From the NCBI GenBank assembly GCA_964640155.1, contig CAZXEQ010000002.1:390001-422000 (forward strand): a stretch of 32,000 nucleotides of DNA, read 5' to 3'. Both the position numbers and the translations under genes were made by a program. This DNA is from an uncultured bacterium (GTDB lineage Bacteria; Auribacterota; JACPWU01). Positions 9,726 through 18,038 of this stretch are shown here, piece by piece. The first letter of the stretch is position 1. Every line of letters starts with the position of its first letter. The notes under the pieces are model-generated. The model was not told the origin of the DNA. It saw only the letters and a program-made list of their open reading frames with translations, and ran no database searches.

Positions 9726-9735
9726 GAGATGACAT

Positions 9736-10749
9736 ATGGTTAAGTTAGGACGTTTTGAATTACCCAAACGTTTGGTCAGGGATGATCAAACTGCAACCCC
9801 GACTTATGCAAAATTTTATGCGGAGCCTTTTGAAAAAGGTTTTGGCGCAACTTTAGGCAATTCTCTTCGTAGAGTCTTGTTGTCTTCAATTGAAGGCGCT
9901 GCCGTTCAGTCTATGAAGATTGATGGTGTGCTTCATGAGTTGAGCACCATTCCTGGCGTTCAAGAAGATGTGCCTGAAATCATTTTGAACATCAAAAATC
10001 TTCTTTTCAAGTCTCATTCTAAAGAATCCAAATGGGTAGAGATTAAAGTTGATAAAGAAGGTGAAGTGGTTGCAGGAGACATCAAGGCCGATAGCACCAT
10101 TGAAGTGGTCAGTCCCCAGACACATATTGCAACCTTGACCAAAAAAACCAAGTTTCATATGGAATTAGAAGTGGGCGTAGGCCGAGGCTATACACCTTCT
10201 GAGAGAAATAAAGAACCAGAGCAATCGATTGGTGTTATCCCAGTAGATTCTATTTTCACACCTGTTCGAAAGGTTAAATATTCGATCGAAGATACTCGTG
10301 TAGGACAGATGACAGATTTTGATCGCTTGGTCATTGAGATCTGGACTGATGGACGTATTACGCCCGAAGAAGCTTTAAGACAAGCTTCTGGTATTTTGCG
10401 TCATCATCTAGGGGCTTTTGTCAATTATGATGAAAATTATGTTGAGTTTGAGCAAGAGCCAACGAAGGAAGATAGAGATAGAGAAAGTTTTGAGAAAGTT
10501 TTGAATATGAGCATTGATGAAATTGAGCTTTCTGTTCGAGCTTCCAATTGTATTCAAAAAGCCAATATCAAGACAATTGGAGATTTGGTTTGTAAGTCAG
10601 AACCTGAAATGCTTAAGTATAAAAACTTTGGCAAAAAATCATTGAATGAAATTAAGAAAATTCTCACAGAGATGGGTCTTTCTTTGGGGATGAGTTCCGA
10701 AGAGTTAGCTGCTAGAAAAGCCGCTCAGGAGAAAGTAGCTGCTCTATGA
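9736..10749 (+). CDS. rpoA: DNA-directed RNA polymerase subunit alpha
   Basis: 337 aa with GNSLRRVLLSSIEGAAV and a C-terminal domain LSVRASNCIQKANIKTIGDLV. Confidence 0.97.
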   Translation: MVKLGRFELPKRLVRDDQTATPTYAKFYAEPFEKGFGATLGNSLRRVLLSSIEGAAVQSMKIDGVLHELSTIPGVQEDVPEIILNIKNLLFKSHSKESKWVEIKVDKEGEVVAGDIKADSTIEVVSPQTHIATLTKKTKFHMELEVGVGRGYTPSERNKEPEQSIGVIPVDSIFTPVRKVKYSIEDTRVGQMTDFDRLVIEIWTDGRITPEEALRQASGILRHHLGAFVNYDENYVEFEQEPTKEDRDRESFEKVLNMSIDEIELSVRASNCIQKANIKTIGDLVCKSEPEMLKYKNFGKKSLNEIKKILTEMGLSLGMSSEELAARKAAQEKVAAL

Positions 10750-11180
10750 GACATCGTAAATTATCAAAAAGACTGAGCCTTTCCACGGCTCATCGTCAGG
10801 CGCTTATTTCTAATATGGTCAAAAGTTTGATCCAGTATGAACGGATCACAACCACTTTACCAAGAGCAAAAGTGATTGCAACTTGGGCGGAACGTATGAT
10901 CACTTTAGCTAAGAGGCAGGATCTTTGGTCTCAGAGACAAGCGGTGGCTTTTTTGACAGATAGAGAGCTTGTGAAGAAGCTTTTCAGAGAAATAGGTCCT
11001 CGTTTTAAAGATCGTCAAGGCGGGTATACGCGAGTGATTCGCTTAGACCGTCGTCCTGGGGATCGTGCCTACACAGCTATTTTAGAATGGGTCAGTCGTC
11101 CAGCTCCTGCTCCGGAAGTGGCTCCTGAAGAAGCCAAGAAGACAAAAGGGAAAAAGCTTCTTGCGGAGTCCAAAGCCTAA
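10746..11180 (+). CDS. rplQ: 50S ribosomal protein L17
   Basis: MRHRKLSKRLSLSTAHRQALISNMVKSLIQYERITTTLPRAK, L17-like. It overlaps the rpoA stop (ATGA). Confidence 0.96.
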   Translation: MRHRKLSKRLSLSTAHRQALISNMVKSLIQYERITTTLPRAKVIATWAERMITLAKRQDLWSQRQAVAFLTDRELVKKLFREIGPRFKDRQGGYTRVIRLDRRPGDRAYTAILEWVSRPAPAPEVAPEEAKKTKGKKLLAESKA

Positions 11181-11554
11181 TGGCGGCTCAAAGTGTGAGA
11201 GAATTAAAAACGCTTTTGGGAGGCGTTTTGGTGAATGATCCTCGTTATGATGTTGAAGCTTATTCTTTTGTCCTAGATGCTTTGGATTTTACTTTAAAAA
11301 AATTAAAAGCGCCTCGGCACGTGACAGCTTCAGAGCTTTTAGAAGGTATTCGACATTTTTCCATTAAATCTTTTGGCCCCATGACTCGGACTGTTCTAGA
11401 AAATTGGGGGATTAAGTCTTGTGAGGATTTCGGAGAGATTGTCTTTCATTTGGTGTCGCTCGGTTTAATGAGCAAGCGGGATACAGATTCAAAAGCTGAT
11501 TTCAAAGGTGGATATGATTTTCAGGAAGCTTTTGAAAAACCTTTTACAGTTTAA
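11180..11554 (+). CDS. Conserved hypothetical protein, Minf_1886-like family (recalled as TIGR04138)
   Basis: 124 aa. HVTASELLEGIRHFSIKSFGPMTRTVLENWGIKSCEDFGEIVFHLVSLGLMSKRDTDSKADF matches my memory of this PVC-associated family. TAATG overlap with the rplQ stop. Confidence 0.6.
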   Translation: MAAQSVRELKTLLGGVLVNDPRYDVEAYSFVLDALDFTLKKLKAPRHVTASELLEGIRHFSIKSFGPMTRTVLENWGIKSCEDFGEIVFHLVSLGLMSKRDTDSKADFKGGYDFQEAFEKPFTV

Positions 11555-14153
11555 AGTCCTCTCAATATTCCTATCATTTTGCTTTGTCTTTTCTTTTTGC
11601 ACTTTTGGTTCTTCCGACAAAATTCCATCTTTTTCTGTTTATTCTGAAGAGCTTCCCAATGGGATGAAAGTTTATTTAAGGCAAGTCCCAGATTCAAGGT
11701 TTGTTGCTTTTGTGTTAACTGTTGGAGCGGGAAGTCGTACAGAAGGTCCCTTTCTTGAAAGTGGAATTTCTCACCTGATTGAGCATTTGGTTTTTCGCGG
11801 AACGGATCAAGGATTTTCTTCTGAGATTGGAAAACGCATTGAGCAATATGGTGGTGACATCAATGCGTATACAACGGCCGATTGTACGCTTTATTATATT
11901 CGTATTCCTCGTGAACAGATCAATATTGCTTTAGATATCTTTTTAGAATCTTTGCTTCATCCCAGTTTTGATCAGACCTCTGTAGAAAATGAAAAACAAG
12001 TTGTTCTTCATGAAGTTCAAATGGGCTTGGATGATACAGATAGAGTGTTACACAAGCTGTTTTGGAAAACGGCTTATCATATTCATCCCTATCAGGTAAA
12101 AACCATTGGAGAAGAATCTCTTTTAAAAGCATTAACTCCGGACAATTTAATTCAGTATTTTGAAAAGATGTATGTGCCTTCTAATATGTCTTTAACGGCA
12201 GTGGGTGATTTTGAAAAAGATGAGATATTAGTTTCTATTTTCGAAAAATTTTCATCGCTCCAAAGAAAATCATTTGAATTTCCCGTGGTTGCTCAAGAAC
12301 CCCCCTCTATAGGACTAAGACGTTCAGAGAGTTTTGGATCCATTCAGTTGACGCATTGGATGATGGGATTTCATATCCCCTCGTTTCAAGATCCTGACTT
12401 TATTCCTTTAGATGTGATTGCAACTTTTTTAGCCAAAGGAAGTCAGTCTCCTTTGCGTTTAAAATTAGAATACGAGTTGAGCGTTGCAAAATCCGTGGAA
12501 GCGGAAACCTCTCCTTTAATGGATCCGGGGATGTTAACCATTCGGGCGACATGCGAAGACAAAAATATTCCCCTGATTGAAGTAGAGATAGACAAGATTT
12601 TGGAGAAATTGAAAAGAGAAAGAATTTCTATAGAAGAATTAAATCGTGCTAAAAAAAGAATATTGTCGGATTTTTATCAAGAGTTGGAATCCATTGAGAA
12701 GCAAGCTCTGTTGATTGGGGTCAGTGCATTTTTAACAGGAGACGCTACTTGTTTGGAAGAATATATCAAAAAAATACAGGCTGTTTCCCAAGAAGATATT
12801 TTGCGTGTTGCTCAAAAGTATTTTTCATTGGATCGTAAAGTAATCAGTGTATTGCGCCCTCAAAAAGCTCAAGAAAGCATCAAAGAAGATTCTATCCAAA
12901 AAATGAGGTTAAAACCTTCTGTCAAGCAACTGAGTAATGGAATCTGGGCAATTGTAGGAGAAGATCATGCTTTGCCCATAGTGAGCATTCAAGCTCTATG
13001 CAAAGGGGGATTAGGAGCAGAAACTGCACAAAATAATGGGATTTTTCAATTGATTGCCAATACGGCTATTCGTGGGACAAAGTCAAAATCAGGGGAGGAA
13101 ATTTTAGGTTCTGTTGAAGCTCAGGGAGGAACTTTGTCAGGTTTCTCAGAATTTGATGCTTTTGGATTTTCTATGAGAATTCCAAAAGATTTTTTGAAAG
13201 AGGGGCTTTTTTTGATCTCTGATATTTTTCAAAATGCCACTCTTGCTTTGGAAGATTTAGAAAAAGAAAAAAGCCAACTTTTATTGGATATTCAAGAAGT
13301 TAAAGAAACCCCCATTTTGTGGGCTCTCTTTCAATTAAAACAGAATTTATGGAGTCAACATCCGTACCGATTTTTGAAATGGGGGTCGGAAAATTCTATA
13401 AAGGCTTTAACGCAAGAAGAAGTTGTGAAGGTTTTTAGAGAATATTGCATTCCTTCTCATCTGATTATTTCAATTTCTGGGGATGTTGCTTCTCCAGAAG
13501 TTTTTAAATTAATCGAAGAGGCATTTTCAAATTTTGTATCTACTCAAAAAGAATTGAAGACTCAAGGTAATTTTGAAGATAGAAATGAGGCTTTGAAAAT
13601 TTGTCTCAATTCCCCTCAAGCCCAATCTCTTGTGATGATGGGTTTTTTAGGAGCCAAAGCAAGTGATGCAGATAGTTATGGACTGGAACTTTTAGCAAAG
13701 CTTTTTTCTGGATTATGTTCCTCCCTGTCTGAAAAATTAAGAACACAAGCAGGTTCTGTTTATCAGCTGGGGGCGGAGAATTTCTTGGGTCTTGACCGGG
13801 GCTTTTTTGTGATTTATGCTGGAACAAGTCTTGAGAAAGAACCAGAGGTAGAGAAAACCATTCAAAGTGCTTTAGAAGAAGTCATGGAAGGCAAAATCAG
13901 TAAAGAAGATCTTTTACGAGCTCAGAATCAGGCTATTGCTGAGAAAATCCAGGATTGGGAGTCATTAACCTTTCGAGCTAGAGAAGCCGCCTATTTTGTT
14001 TTGAATGGAGTTGGGATTGAAGAATTTGATCAGTATCGACAGAAAATCATGGCCTGGGATGAAAAAGCCTTGGCTAAAATAGCGAAAAAATATTTTAAAG
14101 AAGGTCGTTCAGTTTTTTTGACTGTAAGTCCTGAACAAAAAAATAATAAATAG
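11508..14153 (+). CDS. Secreted M16 (pitrilysin/insulinase) family zinc peptidase, two tandem M16 units
   Basis: HxxEH motif (GISHLIEHLVFRGT) in the first half and a degenerate second M16 unit. Hydrophobic N-terminus (LSIFLSFCFVFSFC). The start is uncertain (11508 or 11514), and either overlaps the preceding gene. Confidence 0.85.
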   Translation: MDMIFRKLLKNLLQFKVLSIFLSFCFVFSFCTFGSSDKIPSFSVYSEELPNGMKVYLRQVPDSRFVAFVLTVGAGSRTEGPFLESGISHLIEHLVFRGTDQGFSSEIGKRIEQYGGDINAYTTADCTLYYIRIPREQINIALDIFLESLLHPSFDQTSVENEKQVVLHEVQMGLDDTDRVLHKLFWKTAYHIHPYQVKTIGEESLLKALTPDNLIQYFEKMYVPSNMSLTAVGDFEKDEILVSIFEKFSSLQRKSFEFPVVAQEPPSIGLRRSESFGSIQLTHWMMGFHIPSFQDPDFIPLDVIATFLAKGSQSPLRLKLEYELSVAKSVEAETSPLMDPGMLTIRATCEDKNIPLIEVEIDKILEKLKRERISIEELNRAKKRILSDFYQELESIEKQALLIGVSAFLTGDATCLEEYIKKIQAVSQEDILRVAQKYFSLDRKVISVLRPQKAQESIKEDSIQKMRLKPSVKQLSNGIWAIVGEDHALPIVSIQALCKGGLGAETAQNNGIFQLIANTAIRGTKSKSGEEILGSVEAQGGTLSGFSEFDAFGFSMRIPKDFLKEGLFLISDIFQNATLALEDLEKEKSQLLLDIQEVKETPILWALFQLKQNLWSQHPYRFLKWGSENSIKALTQEEVVKVFREYCIPSHLIISISGDVASPEVFKLIEEAFSNFVSTQKELKTQGNFEDRNEALKICLNSPQAQSLVMMGFLGAKASDADSYGLELLAKLFSGLCSSLSEKLRTQAGSVYQLGAENFLGLDRGFFVIYAGTSLEKEPEVEKTIQSALEEVMEGKISKEDLLRAQNQAIAEKIQDWESLTFRAREAAYFVLNGVGIEEFDQYRQKIMAWDEKALAKIAKKYFKEGRSVFLTVSPEQKNNK

Positions 14154-14171
14154 AAAGATGAAGGTGAAAAT

Positions 14172-14462
14172 ATGAATGCTGAAGGAAATATGACACAAGA
14201 AGCTTTATTTATGGGATTGATTTCCATGTTGGCTCAAGGAGTGATGCAGCATTTAGGAAAATTTGCTGATCCTATGTCGGGGAAGGTAGAAAAAAATTTG
14301 GAAGCAGCCAAAGCAACGATTGATTTGATTGAAATGTTAAAACAAAAAACCAAGGGTAATTTAAGTTCTGAAGAAGAACGTTTAGTGAATACAACACTGA
14401 TGAATCTTCAGCTCAATTACGTTGAGGAAAATGAATTGTCTCAAAAAGGGAGTGCTTCTTAA
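14172..14462 (+). CDS. DUF1844 domain protein
   Basis: 96 aa. LISMLAQGVMQHLGKFADPMSGKVEKNLEAAKATIDLIEMLKQKTKGNLSSEEERL matches the DUF1844 pattern as I recall it. Confidence 0.65.
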   Translation: MNAEGNMTQEALFMGLISMLAQGVMQHLGKFADPMSGKVEKNLEAAKATIDLIEMLKQKTKGNLSSEEERLVNTTLMNLQLNYVEENELSQKGSAS

Positions 14463-14986
14463 TGGAATGGCAAATTCAAGATTTGTCTAAGCACTGTAGT
14501 CAATGTCAGACAATATTTGGAGAGGCGGACTCCTTTCATTGCTTTCTTGTTTTGTCTGAAGAGGATATTCCTCAAAGAAACGATTTTTGTAAATCTTGCT
14601 TTGAGAATGTTAAGGACATTTGGTTGAATTCTCCTAAAACTTATTCTCATTGGGCGAGTTTTGTAAAATTAGAAACACCTCCTCCTAAACCTAAGCCTAT
14701 GCCTTATGAATATTTTGAGACTTTGATGCGAAAGTATATTGTTTCAGAAGAAACAAAAGATAAAAAATTTGCTTATATTTTGATTCTTTTGCTTGAAAGA
14801 AAAAAAATACTCTCATTTAAAGAAAGTATTTTAAAGGAGGCAGAGAAGCGCTTTTTAGTTTATGAGCATTCTGAGACGGGGGAATCTTTCATTTTAGAAG
14901 ATCCTCATTTAGGCTTAGCTCAAGTGGGAGAGTTACAGCTGGAGCTTAAAGAAATCATGGGTCAGGAATTACAATTAACCTCTTGA
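14462..14986 (+). CDS. Hypothetical protein with N-terminal CxxC...CxxC zinc-ribbon-like motif
   Basis: 174-aa ORF with a TAATG overlap with the upstream gene. Has CSQC and CKSC in the first 50 aa and a proline-rich linker PPPKPKPMP. No family recognised. Confidence 0.55.
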   Translation: MEWQIQDLSKHCSQCQTIFGEADSFHCFLVLSEEDIPQRNDFCKSCFENVKDIWLNSPKTYSHWASFVKLETPPPKPKPMPYEYFETLMRKYIVSEETKDKKFAYILILLLERKKILSFKESILKEAEKRFLVYEHSETGESFILEDPHLGLAQVGELQLELKEIMGQELQLTS

Positions 14987-14996
14987 GACAAAACAA

Positions 14997-15395
14997 GTGA
15001 GACTCTTTTTTTGTTTTAATTTCTTCGTTTTAAACCTTCAGTTAATGTGTTCTGCTGTTGAGAATGATAATCGCTCTTGTCCCCTCTATGATCGAGCTCT
15101 GCAATTCTTCTACGAAGGACGTTCTTATCAATCCAGTGAAGATCATATTAAGGCTCTTCAAAAATATGAGGAAGCCTTTCTTCTTTTTCAGAGAGTTACA
15201 CGAGAAGACTCAAAATGGGCAATGAAGGCAAAGAAGAAAATGAGACAAATCGATCGAGATGTTCGACGTATGGGGATGAATATCTATACGAAGCAGTTAG
15301 GTTCTTCCAAAACTTTTAGTAAAGATGCGCAAGTTACGCTAGAGTATTTTGAAGAGTGGAGAAGACAGGAGAAAAATATGAAAGGCATGTCTTAA
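14997..15395 (+). CDS. Hypothetical small protein, hydrophobic N-terminus
   Basis: 132-aa ORF with a GTG start (alternative ATG at 15045). Its stop overlaps the murJ ATG (TAATG). No family recognised. Confidence 0.45.
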   Translation: MRLFFCFNFFVLNLQLMCSAVENDNRSCPLYDRALQFFYEGRSYQSSEDHIKALQKYEEAFLLFQRVTREDSKWAMKAKKKMRQIDRDVRRMGMNIYTKQLGSSKTFSKDAQVTLEYFEEWRRQEKNMKGMS

Positions 15396-16996
15396 TGGCA
15401 TCTCAACAGAAAATAGCCATGGCCAAGTCAGTTTCTAAAGTAGGACTCTGGACTTTTGGGAGTCGTGTGTTGGGCCTGATTCGAGACAGTATGGTCGCTC
15501 GAATTTTTGGTGTGGGGATGGCGACAGATGCCTTTATGTTTGCTTTTACCATCCCTAATCTTTTAAGACGCTTATTGGCAGAAGGAGCACTTTCAGTTGC
15601 GTTTGTTCCTGTTTTTACAGAATCTATTACACAAAAAAAACATGAAGAATCTGAAAAAACATTTCAAATTATTTTTACTTCTTTTTCCATATTTTTAGTA
15701 GGGGTCTCAATCATTGGCATTTTTCTTTCCCCTTGGATTGTGAAGGTTTTTGCTCCTGGTTTTGAAGCAGATCAATATGCGTTAACAACACGACTGACTC
15801 AATGGATGTTTCCTTTTATTTTTTTTACAGGCTCTTCAGCTGTTGTGATGGGTATTTTAAATGCCTTGAATGCATTTTTTGCTCCAGCAGCAGCACCTAT
15901 TTTTTTGAATTTGATGATGATTGGGGCCATCCTTTTTTTTAGTCCTTTCTTTCAGCAACCTATTTTTGCTTTAGCTATAGGTGTGATTTTAGGAGGAATG
16001 GCGCAATGGGTTTTGCAAATTGTAAGAGCCTATCAATTGGGATTTAGAATTATTCCAAAATTTCAATTGTTTCATCAGGATGTAAAAAGAATCTTTAAGC
16101 TTTTGGCCCCTACGGTATTTGGTGTTGCAGTATATCATTTGAATATTTTGGTTTCTAGAGCGTTAGCATCGCTTTTACCACAAGGAAGTGTCACTTATCT
16201 GTACTATTCAGATCGTTTGCTCGAATTCCCTTTAGGAATTTTTGCTATTTCTATTGCAACTGTAGCTTTACCTCAATTGACTCGCGAGGCTTCTGAAACC
16301 AGTTTTGAACGCTTAAAAGAAATTCTATTTTTTTCTTTAAAACTTGTGAGCTTTATTTGTGTTCCAGCGATGATAGGCTTGATTGTATTACGAGTCCCTA
16401 TTATTTCTCTTCTTTTTCAATATGGTCATTTTACAACTGAAGATGTATGGAAATTAGCTCAAGTTTTTTTGACTTCGGCATTAGGATTATGGGCGGTTGC
16501 AGGCCTTCGGGTGAGCGTTCAATCTTTTTATTCTCTAGGAGATGTTCGAACTCCTGTAAAAGTGGCTCTGATTAGTTTTACCCTTAATCCTATCTTGGGT
16601 TTTCTTTTGATGAAAATCATGGGGGCTTCAGGTTTAACCTTAGCTAGCTCTATTTCTGCCTGGGTTCAATGGATTTTACTTTTTTATTTTCTAGGACATA
16701 AAATAGGAAAGTTACCCATTATCCCCTTTGTCAAAAGCATTATGCCGATGTTGGTTGCTGCATTGGTGATGGGATTGGTTTTATATCCGTTTGCTCACTA
16801 CTATGCATGGTTTTTAGCTAAGGCAGTCTTAATAAAAATTTTATATGTTTTGGGTGCGATTGCAATTGGAGCAGGGATATACACTTTCCTTGCCTATCTT
16901 TTGGGAGTGAAAGAATTAAAATCTATTGCTTATCGTGTTTTAATGAAGTTTAGAAAAATGAAACCCGAAAAGATTTCGGAAAATTCTTTAGAATAA
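15395..16996 (+). CDS. murJ: Lipid II flippase MurJ (MviN)
   Basis: SRVLGLIRDSMVARIFGVGMATDAFMFAFTIPNLLRRLLAEGALSVAFVPVF is the canonical MurJ N-terminus in a polytopic protein. The start is taken at the ATG at 15395 rather than the ORF-track start at 15356. Confidence 0.92.
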   Translation: MASQQKIAMAKSVSKVGLWTFGSRVLGLIRDSMVARIFGVGMATDAFMFAFTIPNLLRRLLAEGALSVAFVPVFTESITQKKHEESEKTFQIIFTSFSIFLVGVSIIGIFLSPWIVKVFAPGFEADQYALTTRLTQWMFPFIFFTGSSAVVMGILNALNAFFAPAAAPIFLNLMMIGAILFFSPFFQQPIFALAIGVILGGMAQWVLQIVRAYQLGFRIIPKFQLFHQDVKRIFKLLAPTVFGVAVYHLNILVSRALASLLPQGSVTYLYYSDRLLEFPLGIFAISIATVALPQLTREASETSFERLKEILFFSLKLVSFICVPAMIGLIVLRVPIISLLFQYGHFTTEDVWKLAQVFLTSALGLWAVAGLRVSVQSFYSLGDVRTPVKVALISFTLNPILGFLLMKIMGASGLTLASSISAWVQWILLFYFLGHKIGKLPIIPFVKSIMPMLVAALVMGLVLYPFAHYYAWFLAKAVLIKILYVLGAIAIGAGIYTFLAYLLGVKELKSIAYRVLMKFRKMKPEKISENSLE

Positions 16997-17001
16997 TCGA
17001 C

Positions 17002-17859
17002 TCACCCTATTCTTATCTGTTCATAAAACTCACGAATTTTTCTTGTCCCTTTTCTGGCAGGATCTTTACCAATGATTTTGTTGTCGGATTGAACCCACGG
17101 AATAATTCCCATCGAGGAATTGGTTAGAAAGGCTTCATCGGACTCAAGAATTTCTTCAGGCAAGAGAGAGCGAATTTGTGTTTTCAAACCTAAAGAAGCA
17201 GCACTTTGAAGAATGATTTTACGTGTGACTCCTCCTAGAACGCCATCTTCTAAAGGAGGTGTTAAAAGAAGGTTGTCTTGAAGTAAAAAAAGGTTACTTG
17301 CAGTTCCTTCCGTCAAAAGACCGCGTGTATTGAGGAAAATTCCTTCGTCATAGCCCTTCTCAAGGGCTTGCATACGCCCAAGAATATTATCCAGATAATT
17401 GAGAGATTTAATTTGAGACAGGGGGGATGTTTCATTGCGACGTGTGTTTAAAGTAAGGGTGCGGAATCCTTTTTCGTAGAGTTCTGGTTTAAAGGGGAGA
17501 AATTTTTTGCAAATGATCATGAGATTAGGTTTAGAAGGTATCATGGGAGGGACAGATCCCATCCACTTCCCCCGTGTGACCATGATGCGTACATAACAAT
17601 CTTCAAAGCCGGTTTGCTTTGCAACTTCTAAGGTGATTTTTTCTATTTGCTCTATAGCCCAAGCATGCTCTATTTGAAGTACATCAAGACCTTGAAATAA
17701 ACGTTCAATATGATGCTTTATCCCGATCGCCTTCCCTTTGAAAACACGCATGCTTTCAAAAACACCATCTCCAAAGAAAAGTCCTCGATCAAGAATAATT
17801 TCTGAAATTTCGTTTTGTTGAACGAACTGATCGTTTAGATAGACCCAAGTGTTTGTCAT
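17002..17859 (-). CDS. pabC: Class IV aminotransferase-fold protein, probable 4-amino-4-deoxychorismate lyase
   Basis: 285 aa with the class IV fold pattern (GDGVFESMRV, TEGTASNLFLL, GVLGGVTR). It lies immediately downstream of pabB on the same strand. IlvE or Dat cannot be excluded from sequence alone. Confidence 0.7.
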   Translation of the reverse strand: MTNTWVYLNDQFVQQNEISEIILDRGLFFGDGVFESMRVFKGKAIGIKHHIERLFQGLDVLQIEHAWAIEQIEKITLEVAKQTGFEDCYVRIMVTRGKWMGSVPPMIPSKPNLMIICKKFLPFKPELYEKGFRTLTLNTRRNETSPLSQIKSLNYLDNILGRMQALEKGYDEGIFLNTRGLLTEGTASNLFLLQDNLLLTPPLEDGVLGGVTRKIILQSAASLGLKTQIRSLLPEEILESDEAFLTNSSMGIIPWVQSDNKIIGKDPARKGTRKIREFYEQIRIG

Positions 17860-17890
17860 GAGTTTACTTTATTCACCTTTATAGCGATGT

Positions 17891-18032
17891 TATATATAAA
17901 AGTACGTTCTTTATAAATGCGGGTGACACTCGACGGGGTGCCCCATCGAGCGGAACTTTTTGTGAGCACGATGGGGCTGACGAGTGGCAGGACCCGTTTC
18001 TTTCCTAAAAGAACGCACTTTTTTTATATATA
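17891..18032. repeat. Composite imperfect palindrome filling the pabB-pabC spacer: AT-rich outer inverted repeat enclosing a GC-rich core
   Basis: The left arm tatatataaaagtacgttcttt (17891-17912) pairs with the right arm aaagaacgcactttttttatatata (18008-18032). The arms differ by one substitution and a 3-nt A/T-run length difference. Confidence 0.85.
17919..17996 (+). repeat. GC-rich 78-nt palindromic element, copy 1 (intergenic)
   Basis: 51/78 G+C. Internal stems are CGGGT/ACCCG, CACTCG/CGAGTG and CCCCATCG/CGATGGGG. It is the reverse complement of 18855-18932 at 69/78 positions with no indels. Confidence 0.85.
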
Positions 18033-18038
18033 GAATCT

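Noticed and set aside
11508-11554. 47-nt overlap of the M16 peptidase start with the preceding gene, considered as a possible frameshift or fusion
   Set aside because: The overlapping start is needed to include the hydrophobic signal-like N-terminus, so it is most simply a genuine overlap or a start-codon ambiguity.
17975-17990. Hammerhead-ribozyme-like CUGACGAG core in the GC-rich element
   Set aside because: There is no stem II hairpin or GAAA following it. The second copy reads CUGUCAAG at the same place, which breaks the invariant core.
17919-17996. tRNA- or tmRNA-like gene (78 nt, GCGGGT...ACCCG ends, internal GGGGCUGA)
   Set aside because: There is no T-loop (GTTCRA) or D-loop consensus, and no cloverleaf can be drawn. 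The second copy lies in-frame inside a coding gene.
17860-18038. Folate (THF) riboswitch, given its location between two folate-pathway genes
   Set aside because: It lies downstream of pabB rather than in a 5-prime leader. A near-identical copy sits inside the coding sequence. It shows no resemblance to the THF-I or THF-II consensus as I recall them.
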